Shown one piece after another: positions 51,175-64,000 of a stretch of 64,000 nucleotides of DNA. Made by a program: the position numbers and the translations under genes. The notes under the pieces are model-generated. The model did no database searches. It saw only the letters and a program-made list of their open reading frames with translations, and was not told the origin of the DNA. Source of the DNA: Octopus vulgaris (Eukaryota); NCBI GenBank assembly GCA_951406725.2, contig OX597840.1, forward strand, positions 36,890,001 to 36,954,000, written 5' to 3'. Each line of letters opens with the position of its first letter. The first letter of the stretch is position 1.

Positions 51175-51217
51175 GATACATATATATATATATTCAGATA
51201 CATATATATATATATAC
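50205..51217. repeat. About 1-kb (TA)n/(TACA)n field with higher-order ttcagataca(ta)n units
   Basis: Visible directly; ttcagataca recurs about ten times between 50961 and 51201. Confidence 0.97.
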
Positions 51218-52217
51218 GGCCGCAGCTCTGAGCTGAAACTACAAATCTCTGTTTCTGTGAATGGATGCAGTTGATGTGGGAAACGTGCAGCTCTTTGTGT
51301 CAATGGCGCGGGTTCTCTCCACAAGAACATGAAATATTTTTATCATTACTAATACTCCAATCCTTCGTGGGAAATTCTCTTATTTGTTAGAGGAAAGCTC
51401 TGACTAACATCTCTCGCCCTTCTCTCTGCATTACTCCTCCTTTTGCAGGTTACATTAACATATTATCTAAAAGTTTTTCCTTACATCAACATAAAATGAT
51501 GTCAGTAAACCCAGCTGTTTCTAACGATTGCAAATATTTTGAGTGTAATTCATTGGAACGTCCACAATAATTTTTGCGTCACGTGAACGCCTTTTGCTGT
51601 GGCAGATAACAGCACACAACCGGTAGGTTTTCGTGACGAAGAATTTACTTCCAAAATAAACAGAACCACAAGCAGGCTGTGTTTTCTGGTGTTGTGGCCT
51701 TAGAAATATTTACACAACCAGTGACAATAACTCCGCGCAAGGTTACAAATGTGAGGATAGTTGGTCGGTTCCTTGTGAGCTTTTGAAATGGCAGTAAATA
51801 AGACAGCAGGCAGTTTTAACAATTGCAGAGTGTTCAGTATCTACGGGCGGCAAGTAGAAAGCTTTTCAACTATCAAGTGATACTATCTCAAGGTCTTGCA
51901 GAGTTTACTCCTTTTCAGAAGCGCAGATTTAATTTTCGAAATTTGTTCACCACATCCGCACAGTTAGGTTTCTACCTCTTGCATGTTCATCAACCACTAT
52001 ATTAATTGTTTCAGAATGGTCTTGGAGGATTTTGTTCAAGTAAGAATGTTTACCGTTTGAGAGAGTGTCAGACAGCCAATAAGTCTATAGTTTTCTGCTA
52101 ATGCAGAACACGTATATATATGTAGATATGTATGTAGATATGTATGTTTATAAAGTGATGTATATTTAGGTTTTAACTTTATTCCAGTAGCGTAAATTAT
52201 TTTTACAATAAATAAAG

Positions 52218-52625
52218 GGTGGTAAGTAGCTTGCTTACAAACCACATGGTTCCGGGTTCAATCCCACTGCGTGGCACCTTGGGTTAGTGTTTTCTACTGG
52301 AGCTTCGGGCCCACCAAAGCCTTGTGAGTGGATTTCGTAGAAAGAAACTGAAAGAAGCCTGTCGTATATATGTATATGTATATGTGTATGTATGTATGTG
52401 TGTGTGTATACGTTTGTGTATCTGTGTCACCCCAACATCGCTTGACAACCGATGCTGGTGTATTTACATCCCCGTAACTTGGAGATTCGGCAAAAGAAAC
52501 CGATAGAATAAGTACTAGACAAGCAAAGAATAAGTCATGGGGTCTATTTGCTCGACTAAATGTGGTGCTCCAACATGGCCACAGTCAAATGACTGAAACA
52601 AGTAAAAGAGTAAAGAGTAAGAGTA
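52218..52625 (+). mobile_element. SINE family B, near full length
   Basis: Matches 43765-44180 from gtggtaagtagcttg to the gtaaaagag tail. Confidence 0.9.
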
Positions 52626-53256
52626 AATATCTATGAAATTGAAATAAGTATTCGGTTAATATGAAGGACTAATAAAATTAGCAAACAGTAACTTCGAAGG
52701 TCGCTCTCCAATGATTAAATTCATTGATAGAATAAAACGATAATGTGTGTGAGTGGGTGTGAAAACACTTGCACAAACTAACACACGTAAAAGCAGCCAT
52801 GAACCAGATAATGATAAACCAAACGATATTAATTTCACTGAGAAATGTTTTGCTGACCTAAATCTACGATAAAAGCCACAGAACAAAAACTCCACGCGGT
52901 TGTTTCGAACCGAAATCACACAGTCTAAAAAAGCAAAAGTCTTAACCAAATAGCTCTGACAATCTTCTGTCTGATGATCCAAATAATATAGTAATATATA
53001 TTCACACAGAAAGCATTACGCAAGGCCGTTTATGATTTTTTTTCTTCTTTCCATTTTTTCCTATTGGTAAAGATATTCATTCTGGATGACGATGATGGAT
53101 TGGCAAGGAATCCGTTTCATTCTCTGCTCCATTGTTAGACATTCTTACTTCTGCTGGACATTATTCCGATCAGCTACTTTGTCTCCTATAGAAATGTCGT
53201 TGCTGCTTTCTCTTTTTTTTTTTCTTTTCGGTATTATTCTACAAGAATTTGATGGC

Positions 53257-53259
<3 letters not shown>

Positions 53260-53291
<32 letters not shown>

Positions 53292-53435
53292 TAAAGAAAG
53301 TATATATGTATATGAAATATATATATATTTATGTATGTTTTATATATATTTATATATGTGTGTATATATATATGCATATATATATTTGTACATGCGTGTA
53401 TATATATATATATATATATATATATTTTTACATGC

Positions 53436-53471
<36 letters not shown>

Positions 53472-53512
53472 ACATGCGTGTATATATATATATATATATA
53501 TTTGTACATGCG

Positions 53513-53544
<32 letters not shown>

Positions 53545-53545
53545 A

Positions 53546-53596
<51 letters not shown>

Positions 53597-53602
53597 ACAT
53601 GC

Positions 53603-53640
<38 letters not shown>
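53260..53640. repeat. (CA)n/(TA)n field with repeated tttgtacatgcgtg(ta)n units
   Basis: Visible directly. Confidence 0.95.
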
Positions 53641-53642
<2 letters not shown>

Positions 53643-54251
53643 ATACACACACTCACATACAGAAACAAGCACATACACGCTTACCTACTGCGAATTTCTG
53701 TTGCTTTTGAACTGTTAGCATTTGGAAATAATGACCGAATGACAGAATGAATGATTGTATGATTGAATGAATGAAAGAATAGAAGAATAAATGAATAAAT
53801 AAGTAATAACTTTTATATAGATTGTTACAGCTGCCTTAAAGTGAGATAAAGGCTGGACAGACAGCATCGATGTGAAGATACACAATTGATTGGAGTTCAA
53901 TAAGTATCAAAGAGCAGTTCTTTTGACTGGAATAATGTTCTTGTCTCTTGAGGCAGCAAAGAAACAGAGAATCTCATAGAATGACAGATGTTTGAGGTTT
54001 TTGTGTTGGGGAAGGCATTTCGATAGATTAGTCGACCGATGCAGACGGAGGGAGAGATCGACGACAGGGGCCGGCGTGTTCCTTACTGGTGGACGTACAG
54101 ATGAGATGAGGGGTCAGAAACTGGTGGGGAAAGAGCGAGAGAGTGTGAGTGAAAAAGAAAGAAAGAAAGAAGGAGACGGGAAAAGAAAGCGCGCGTGCGA
54201 GAGAGAGAGTGAGAGAGCAGATGTACGAACATAGATACACATACACATATA

Positions 54252-54451
54252 TTGGTTTCGAATTTTGGCACAAAGCCAGCAACTTCGGGGGTGGGTGGCA
54301 TGGTAAGTCGTTTAAATCGATCCCAGTGTTCAACTGGTACTTATTTTGTCGACCGTGAAATGATTAAAGGTAAATCGACCCTGGAGGAATTTGAACCAAG
54401 AACGTAACGACGGACGAAATGCCGCAGTAACGGATCTTCCAACTCGCCGCT
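54252..54451 (-). mobile_element. SINE family A, older copy
   Basis: Reverse family A body, old-type tail and head remnant aactcgccgc. Confidence 0.8.
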
Positions 54452-55293
54452 TTCACACACCCACCCACCCATACACACACACAGATATATTCACAGAGTC
54501 TTTTAGAAGATGTATTTGCATTTCCTTATCCGGTTAGTGGCAAATGCAAGATGAAAGTAACGGTCTGGTATCTGTCCTGCTATGACTTGTCTTTGAAAAT
54601 CTTTTTGTTTGTATTCTGAGATTATAGCCGTCAGTTGACGTACCTTGTGGTTTGATGAAGGTGGTCACGGGGTCTATGGGTCATGTGATTGCATGAATGA
54701 TAGTTGCTGTGCCAAAGGACAAGTCAGTTTGAGGCCAGTGAATATGTCATGTGACAGCTGGATCAATTGCGCATTGTTACCCGTAAACGATCAATTTCCT
54801 CTGAATGTTGAAAGCTTTCATTTATGCTCTAAATATAAATGAGTTGAACGAAGGTTACATTGAGAAAAATACTCTATGTTCAGAGACAACGAATACGGAA
54901 AAATAATGGCAGACAGATTCCTTTAAGCGAACATTTAGACGTATGAGAAATAACAAACTACCAAAACTCCAAATCTTTCCTTTATATCTTTGTTGAAACA
55001 ACTCCTCAGAGGAAATGTAGCCAAATAAAGAAGCCATACTCTTTTACTCGTTTCAGCCATGTAGCTGTGGTCATGCTGGAGCACCACCGTGTCCAATAAA
55101 ATATATCAAACTACATTTGAATAAACTGTACAGAACATATCGAACATTGTTGCAATTTCGTTCACAACCAAAATCACCGAGATAACCATTTTCAGAAACG
55201 AGTAATTTTTTTCTCTACATCTATTAACTCTGGTAGAATTCACTGGGCGAAAACACAGACTTTAGCACCATTATCATCCATCATTAACATCTT

Positions 55294-55637
55294 CATCATC
55301 ATCATCATCATCATCATTTAACGTCTATTTTCCATGCTGACATGGGTTTGATGGGTTGACGGAAGGAATGGTAAGCTGTACCAGGTTCCAGTCTGGTTTG
55401 GCATGGTTTCTACATTTCGATACCCTTCCTAACGCGCCAACCACTCCGAGAGTATAGTGATTGCTTGTCACGTGCTGCTGGAACAGGTGCCAGTTACGAA
55501 ACAGTGGCACGGGTCACGACTACGATCTCACTTGGTTTGACAGATCTTCTCAAGGACAGTGTATTGCCAAAGGTCTCGGTCACCTGTCACTGCCTTCATG
55601 AGGCCCACGTTCGAAGGGTGCCCTGCTCGTGCCATCA
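55294..55637 (-). mobile_element. RTE-type LINE 3' end with (ATG)n tail
   Basis: Minus strand ends ..VTGDRDLWQYTVLEKICQTK-stop (DRxxW motif of RTE C-termini), UTR with ggttggcgcgttaggaagggtatc, tail gacgttaaatgatgatg. Confidence 0.65.
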
Positions 55638-55924
55638 CATATATATATACACATATATATAGCTTCTGTCTGATAGCTAGGTACTTGAATGCACTGTTTC
55701 CAAAATTTTTCAGCTTCAATGAAACACTATACATACATGCATATAAACACACACATACACACTCGTTATCATTTCATTATATGCAAACCCCCAAACTTTA
55801 TTTCTATCTTTGTATTGTTCTTCTCATTTTCGTCCATGTGGCAAGTAAAAGAAATCATTATTATTATTATTATCATTATTTAAAACAGTAAGGGGTGTAT
55901 ACCTCAACTACAAACACGCATAGA

Positions 55925-55960
<36 letters not shown>

Positions 55961-55964
<4 letters not shown>

Positions 55965-56176
55965 ACCTAAACATGAAAACACAGAGAAAACACAACAACG
56001 CGAGAACGTGGAACAAATATAGTATTATTGGCCGCTCAGGAAAGAAGGAAAGAAGGAGGGTTTAACGTTTCGAGCGCAGCTCTTCGTCAGAAACGTAGGA
56101 AAAGGAAAGATCCAAAGAAGGGAAGACGGAGGAAAAAAATCGCCAATGGTACACACGCGGTTATATTTTGAATGTG
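55961..56176 (-). mobile_element. Penelope-like remnant family D2 between (TA)n runs
   Basis: Homologous to 15221-15344 and the start of 14657-14975; related to D1 around the ribozyme. Confidence 0.75.
56060..56094 (-). ncRNA. Minimal type-I hammerhead ribozyme motif with intact core
   Basis: Minus strand GTTT-CTGACGA-A-GAGC(TGC)GCTC-GAAACGTT-AAAC: canonical CUGANGA and GAAA, stem I GTTT/AAAC, palindromic stem III ACGT. Confidence 0.75.
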
Positions 56177-56922
56177 ACTTATATATATACATACATATCT
56201 ATATATGCACACACACATATACACAATCGCATACATACTCATTCACACCCGTATACGCGTATATGTTGAGGGTGGCAGAGACACGAGAAACTGTCTCTGT
56301 CAGAACCGAAACAATTATTCTATATCTTTACAGTGTACTCTCGTTTTTATAGAGTAAAAAAACCCCCACAAAACAAAAGAGAAGAGATCAATGCTACTAC
56401 AGACTTTTAGTTTGCATAACTAGATACAAAGACGCCATTAATGATGCCTGTTCGTGTATCGGGGTGGCTAGGGTAGCAACGGATAGATATTTGTTCTGGA
56501 AAGAAGACGGAAAGGAAATCTTAAAATGGTAAAAAGAAATTCTGAAATACAAAACTGAAAAAAAATGAAGAATTAATAAAAAAAAGAAAAACAAGAAACC
56601 AAGAAAAAAATATGACTAATTAATCAAAGTTGGCGAACTTTGGTAGATTGAGGAATATTTACAGAGGTTCATTTCTTTTGAGGATTATAAACGAGTTTGA
56701 GTTTTCGATCGAAACCTTCAGAATCGTGGCTGCAGGGAAAAAATGGTGAAAATATAGAAGACAAAATATGAGAAAGTAGAAAAAAAAAAAGAAGAAAGCA
56801 AAAATTAAAAGGAAATTCAGCTTACAAGTATATGTGCGCGTGCGTAATTGTTAAGTATTTATACAATGTATATACACAAATATACATACATATATAAAAG
56901 GAGATATATGTGTGTGTATGTG

Positions 56923-56974
<52 letters not shown>

Positions 56975-57192
56975 CATATACATGTCTTATTCTCTTAAGT
57001 ATGTAGTCATAGATTTAGAAATAAATGCATGTATACATGCATGAACACACACTCACACACACACACACACAAGCAGACAGTACGGTGAACGCAAGAAACC
57101 TAAGATGAAGATAATTGTGTTCATTCTTGTGATAGTGTACCTGAATTGCTTGTATCACTATGTGCCTAGTTAACGTGTATCTGTGGATAAAT

Positions 57193-57383
<191 letters not shown>

Positions 57384-57760
57384 AAATAAAAAAAAATCAA
57401 GTACGACAGTTTTTTTAACCTTAAAATCAGGAAGATTGAAGAAATTTTAGAAGCTGTGCAGAAAGTTTAAATTAAATTTAATTGTAGAATCTAAAATTTG
57501 ATGAAATTCTGTGTGTCTGTCTCTTTCCTCTATCTCTCTCTAACTCTCTCTCTCTGTATATATGTGCATGGTATATATGTATATTATGTATACATATGTA
57601 TCAGTGTGTACTTGTCTGTAAATGAATGTATATAAACCAGATTTAGTCTAAAGTCTTTGCGAAATTTTACTGATCATTTTTAGCAAATCGTGTCTCGAAG
57701 TTATATTATGAATTTGATTCGACAATCTTTCTGAGTTGTTACTTCTTTATTTTTCTTTGA

Positions 57761-58175
57761 TAATGAGTGGGGAAAATAATTGCAGTTAAAGCCAGGTTAC
57801 GCTACCTGTGAAAAAAAACGCAACGGTAAGAGAAATTAATGATGTGGAAGGGCGAATGAATTTCATCGAACGTGCGATGCGTTTCAAGGAAGGTGATGTC
57901 ATCATCCAAAAGACCCCAAGATCAGTGAAAATTTATGTTGGAGAAGGTTAAATCTTGCTAGAAATGGTTGAATCACAGCCAATCACAAACACTCGTGCAT
58001 TCTCTGATGCTGAAAGTGCGTTCAAAGAGTTCATCAGCTCCAGAACTCCAGATTTTTATGTTAACGGAATAAACAAACTTGTAACTCGTTGGCAAAAATG
58101 TGTTGATTGTATATTGAAATATATTGTGATGAATTTCATGTTGGAAAACCTTGCTTACTTTTCCTCAGCCTGATA
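57761..58175 (+). mobile_element. Internally deleted mariner derivative (Hsmar1/cecropia-like)
   Basis: RFKEGD N-terminal trace joined to DAESAFKEFISSRTPDFYVNGINKLVTRWQKCVDC; right TIR aaaaccttgcttacttttcctcagcctga+TA; decayed left TIR at 57761-57787. Confidence 0.75.
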
Positions 58176-59102
58176 TTATTGCACAATACCTAACTATATC
58201 GAGTAAAAATTTAGCCTGAATGTTGTTCATACTACTAGGAATCTATAATCATCACACACATACACAACACCCCTACACAGAAGCATACATACATACATAC
58301 ACACATGCCTATGGATGATGATATGTGCGTACAGTGAAAGGATGAGAAGAGAAAGAAAGAAAAATTATCTTCTATATCGATATTTTAAAATTGTGCTTGC
58401 ATATATATATATTCTTTCAGTTTTATATACTTACATTCGAGTACACATATGTGTATGTGCGCGTACATACATACATACATACATGTATACACACGCATAC
58501 ATACGCACACATCTATGCATATATACACACGGACGCATATACAGATTTGCATGTAGGTGTGCATCTATGCATAAATGTACACACTCACACGCATACACTT
58601 ATAAACGTATTCACACTTTATTTTAATCTCCTGATACAAGAGATAACAATTACTCGTGACGCCAACTGCAGTAAATTAATTCGTTGTATGAAAAAATATT
58701 TCATATTTCTATTGAGTCATTTTAGTGGAATATAATAAATTAATCAGAAAGTACAGGTCTAGCAAAAACGTCACCGCAATGTCAGGTTTATTTTTATCGT
58801 TCAACAGAATGATGGTATTAATAATTCAAACTCACATCTCACCCATCAGTTCTCGATGGTTTATCTCTACCGAATATCGAATTTTATTCTTTTCAAAATT
58901 ATTCAGTCTCTCTCGTTTTTTTCTTCTTGACAACAAACAATTATGCGAAACGTCTTTTATCTGTATTTCTTTGTCGGGCTTCCACGACTCAATTCGATTC
59001 AGTTTTCAGTTGTGTTCCATGATTTGTCTCCATAAATTTATTTTCTTTTCTCCTCGTTTCTTTACACTCAGTTCCAAAATATGTAAACAAACAAGATTTT
59101 TG

Positions 59103-59336
59103 AAGGCGACGAGCTGGCAGAAACGTTAGCACGCCGGGCGAAATGCGTAGCCGTATTTCGTCTGCCGCTACGTTCTGAGTTCTAATTCCGCCGAGGTCGA
59201 CTTTGCCTTTCATCCTTTCGGGGTCGATTAAATAAGTACCAGTTACGCACTGGGGTCGCTGTAATCGACTTGATCCGTTTGTCTGTCCTTGTTTGTCCCC
59301 TCTGTGTTTAGCGCCTTGAGGGCAGTAAAGAAATAA
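59103..59336 (+). mobile_element. SINE family A, young full-length copy
   Basis: Complete head, body and young tail; 15-bp near-direct repeat caaaatat(g/a)taaaca at 59075-59089 and 59337-59351. Confidence 0.92.
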
Positions 59337-59869
59337 CAAAATATATAAACAGTAACATTCCATGAAAACTCAAAACTTCATGTTGCGTTTTATGCAGGAT
59401 TCGGCAGAATTTTGGTCTAAGCACCGCACATTACACCTTATAACTTTTCATGTTTTGTAGTTTTCAGAAACTTTTTGCGAATTCACACGACTTTGACAAA
59501 AATATACTTAATTTTTCGAATTAAAAAAAAAGAGTTTTTAATTTTATGAATTTATCTTTTTAAATGACATTTTTTAAAATAGGGGCAGCACGAATTTTTT
59601 ACTTAAATTCCAGAAATAGACAATTAAAGGTGTTTATGGGGAGGAAGATACTTGAGACTGACAAACAAACGAATTCCGCCCGGGGTTGCGATTGCAACGT
59701 ATAGGTTGTGACATCAGATCTGATCAAAGGGCTTTTACAAACTTCTGCCTCCTTTCATTTAGATTATATGTGAAAGTTACATACTTTAACTAATCTAAAT
59801 GGCAGAAACTGGAAGGCTTTTATTCTGGGAAAATTAATAGTTCTCTGTCCTACCAAATGGACTATCACT

Positions 59870-60480
59870 ATCTTTGATCATGTATACTTCTAATTACCGA
59901 TGACAGATATGAGATTGTTAATTCATGGAAGAGAGTGAAGTTCATCTCTAGGCTGCCTACTTTCCTGTATATATTTTGAGAAGTTCTAGTGAAAGGCCAG
60001 CCTACGTACGTATTCTGTGACTTTTTAGTGACATGTTCAAGCCAATCCAATCTCAGTAAATTTCATCACAAATGGTGTATGCCATGTGAAGAATTTTTCT
60101 TAAGGAAATACTTTTCTACCCATCTTGCAACGAGAAAGTTAGTCTGGGCTGCAAATATCCTATTTTAAAGTTTCAGTCAGGGAATGTCTTCGGATTTTAG
60201 TGTTCATGTTTTTCAGTTGCGTACAGCAATTGGGAAAGTAAATGGGTTGTAAACTCCTGGTTCGAAGTGCCGGCTGATTTCGTCACCTACTCAATGGTCT
60301 CCCACACACTTTAGATACGTATGAGACCCTTATTTTTTAAATCTGCTGATCCCTTTGGTGCTATACGACTTCTACTTCAGTTCTATACGCGTTCTACTTC
60401 GGCTGGAACTTTTCTTTGCTACGTAACATGATCTTGTAATTCGGTGTATCTATTTTCATGCTTTATCTGACAAGTGGGTA
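59870..60480 (-). mobile_element. Old RTE-clade LINE fragment
   Basis: Minus-strand traces SRIA, LSQLLYATE-T*TL and WLEHV..RKVG occur in the order expected for an RTE ORF C-terminus; many frameshifts. Confidence 0.5.
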
Positions 60481-60914
60481 TTTTCTATTTGTCAAAGATC
60501 GTGGATGTTAAGATTTTATCAACAACATATATATTAGAGCTTTGGAGAAGGCATAAATAATTGCCAAAATTTTATCCAAGATGTTGAAACAAGACAAAGA
60601 TGAAACAAACATTCAAGTAAGATATTGCAAAAGTGTATGACTTTACGAAAACCACACAAGGAGAAGCAGCTCTTTAATAATTCCTACAGCATACACCACA
60701 CCATCAAAGGATATTTCTCAAACAGTGCCTCACCCAAATCTTGTTGATGCAAATGAAATGCTAGGATGGTTGTCGCTCTTTGGTCCTTTTCTGTTTTCTG
60801 TCATCTATCTACCAGGCTGTCTGTTTGCCTATCTATCTATCTATCTATCTATCTATATATATATATATATATCGCCATGATAGATCGCAAGCCACTAAAT
60901 ATTTTTATATCTTC

Positions 60915-61062
60915 TACACCTGGTTATTTCTGTGTTCCTCTGTCGAAGAGCATAGGCTCGAAACGTAAAAGACATTCTCACCTTCCTGAGCATGAAACTA
61001 ATACATCTGTTTGTTGTTTACACACCCGACTTCGTCTTTTCTTTCTTTTATAATTTCTCATT
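60915..61062 (+). mobile_element. Penelope-like remnant family D1 with hammerhead motif at 60937-60971
   Basis: CCT-CTGTCGA-A-GAGC(ATAG)GCTC-GAAACGTA-AAAG; homologous to the reverse complement of 8983-9130; ends at (TA)n. Confidence 0.7.
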
Positions 61063-61562
61063 ATATATATATATCTGACGATCTCTCTCTGTCCGTCTGT
61101 TTGTTTATCTCCCTGTCTATCTCTATCAATCTCTATATCTATCTATCTATCTATCTATCTATATATCTGTAAGCTTGGAAGGGTATATCATCATGGCCTA
61201 AACCGTATTATCTCTCAGTTAACTGCCAGTTATCAGTTAACTACAAGGATCAGTAATTAACGTCTGTGACTCTGTACGCTTCGCTGGACGGCAAAAATTG
61301 TCTGAGTATATATTACTGTTAATAATGAAGATTATGGAGACTTGTACATCCACAAATTTTATTTTATAGTTGAATACAGCATATTATAATAATCTACGTG
61401 TGTTTCCGCTACAGCGACTACTAACTACTGCAGATTAAAGCTTGCATTATTGTCAGTAAACCGACAATAAATCAACAAGGAACGAAAGTTGAACACGCAT
61501 TATATAAGTACGTACACAATAGCAGAATGTATTTGTAACAGACAATGTAATAGAAACATAAA

Positions 61563-62427
61563 TAGAAGATGCTGTAGATAAACTGTAGTCTAAATTCGGC
61601 AAAATGAAAGTAACACTGGCATCTCATTTTACAGATATATTTACCAAAGTTACATAAAAGTATCATGAAATACTAAAGAGTAAATTTATTCAGTAGAATC
61701 GCCATTGGCTTCAACCACAGCCTTCAGGCGACTTCGGAATCTCCTGCAACTCTTCTGACGGTCTCCTTGTTTAAGTCGGTGTCTGCTGCCATGATTCTTG
61801 CCTTCAGTTCATCTTTGGTGTTACAAAGAGTTTTGTTGCTCTTTCGCTCAACTGCACTCGACACATAATAATCAAGGGGGTTGCAGTCTGGGGAGTTAGG
61901 TGGTCAGAGGTTAAGGGTGATGTGGTCGCAGAAATTGTCTGAAAACCATGACTGTGTTCTCCTGCTTCTGTGACATGTTGCAGAGTCCTGTTGCAAGACA
62001 TAGGGTCTTCCACCATCCACCCTCCCTCTTGACCTACGGCAACACTACAACCAGGCACTTGATGTAGTCCTACGTGATTAGTCTGAGGCCGTGTGGGAAT
62101 ATGAATGGAGGTATAACATGACCATCACTAATGATCACACCAAACACCATGATGTTGACTGGATGTTTGATTTACATCATTCTCAGGATATGTCCCAGAA
62201 GGACGCCCAAACACTCTTTATTGGTTCTTCTGGTGCGAATGCCGAGCAGTACAGCGTATCATTCACTAATTTCTGGCAGAATTAATTGCGTCATGACGAT
62301 GTGTTTCTCACAGACGGAGCCCAACTGATCCCACTATAATATGTAATCGACAAAATCAAAAGCAAACAATGCGCACGCGCGAAATTAAAATTATAAAATG
62401 GCGACGATTTACTCATCGCACGCTGTG
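61563..62427 (-). mobile_element. maT-family (DD37D) Tc1/mariner transposon, internally deleted
   Basis: Minus strand KHPVNIMVFGVIISDG..YVLQQDSATCH..*PPNSPDCNPLDYYV..RLKAVVEANG; 37 residues between the QQD and PLD aspartates; TIR-like end cagcgtgcgatgagtaaatcgtcgcc ending at 62425. Confidence 0.85.
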
Positions 62428-64000
62428 CATCTCTGATGAAACAGTGAGTAAAATCGTTGCGAAGAGGACTACACCCAGCCATATAGATACTGACAAACAC
62501 ATCCACATCGACACTATCGCTTCCTTCTCGTACACACATACAGACACAAAAGATAATATGATAAATAGAAAAAAAAACAAGAAATAGAAAAAAACTAACA
62601 CCACAAAATATATTTAAAAAAACAGTATTCAATATAAAAATAGAAACAAAACAATAAAAAAGCAAAAACGGAAGAATCGATTATGTCAGTGAGTGAGAAG
62701 AGATCAATGTTAGTATTGTTAATCGTCAAAGGTTGTTAGCAGAGTAGAGTATCCCGATAAGACGTTTGGCTGGCACATTCTTGGAGGCAACGATTTATTG
62801 ACGGAACGTGATTATCTCGACAAATTCGCGCCATCGCAACTAGCATATTGATCAAATAGCCAACCATTCGGATAAGCAATTAATTGCAATAACAGATGGC
62901 ATGGAGCTGTTAGGGGCTGCCCCTATCGAAACCTAGCACTTTCTACAAGACTTGAACAGGAAAAAGGAATTGTGCTAATTGTTCACAACACGATTCCGTT
63001 TCATCATTGTGTGCCGTTGAAGCATCGCGTCGTATATTATATATACGCGTGTGAAAGCATGTATGTATATATAAATGAATATATATATAAACACACACAC
63101 AGAGCGCTTATATTTGTATGTATGTGCATACACATACACACACATATATATCCATCCATATATCAGTACAGATAAGCGCACACGCACACATTTACATATA
63201 TCAGAAACTAATACACTTGGAGCGTGGAAGGTGTTTGTAAGCCATTTAAGAAACACACAAAAGCCGTTCTCACTCACTTGCTATGCAAGTACATCTCCGT
63301 AATACACTTCGATTTTACATATATGGGCATACACAATATATATATATATATATATATGCATTTTGTGCGTTTGTGTTTGTATGTATTCATATGTATATAT
63401 GTGTGTGGCTACAGGTGTACATTGAGGCACACACATATACACAGATATGCATGTCTATATACGCACGAAGAGTCAGAAAGCGTCAGAGACTGAGATATCC
63501 ACGATTAACTTTCTCGTCTAATAATTTTCATTCTGCGACTCTTCAACGGCGAACCTCATGAACTAAGGTGCGCAAGCGCATGTGTGTATGTGTGAATGAT
63601 GGTAAGTGCGTGAGTATATATGTGAAGGCAAGTTGAAAACTAGGTGTGCCCATGTGTGTATGTGTATAAGTGTGGATCACTTATATATATATATGTTTGT
63701 GTGTGTATATATACACTACAAAATCAATACCACTATAAAATGGTCAAAACGTCTCACACAGGAACTTAGTTTGATTTCAAAACCCCACTAGAATGGGAGA
63801 AAGCGCTAATACATGATCTAAGTTATATGATGAATAAAAAATGTAATATACAAATAAATATCTGTAAATATAAAACCATCCGATTTTCTGAGTACCTCAT
63901 TTCTTCTATATATATATATATATATATATATAAGCCACGACATTTGGATTCAAGCAATCCGGCAGACCTCTTAATAAAGCTGCTTAGTCTGTCATGGGAT

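Overview
Eukaryotic, AT-rich, extremely microsatellite- and transposon-dense DNA. The SINE families, (TA)n/(AAT)n load and Dong/R4 + RTE + mariner mix point to an octopus-like coleoid cephalopod intron or intergenic region (inferred from repeat content, not from a database match). No intact protein-coding gene, rRNA, tRNA gene or CRISPR array is visible, and almost all listed ORFs are microsatellite or SINE artefacts. Recognisable content: (i) many copies of at least three tRNA-derived SINE families; (ii) R4/Dong non-LTR retrotransposon fragments (RT and restriction-like endonuclease) in (AAT)n; (iii) a non-coding ~555-bp element with fixed ends found three times, always against (AAT)n; (iv) RTE LINE fragments; (v) decayed mariner (DD34D) elements and one maT (DD37D) element; (vi) short Penelope-like terminal remnants, mostly in (TA)n, carrying minimal type-I hammerhead ribozyme motifs. 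These come from three unrelated sequence families and include non-canonical cores (U3-A8 covariation, A6U, U4C). Also noted: unusual SINE-into-SINE insertion products, a pre-miRNA-sized hairpin and a few candidate plus-strand exons.
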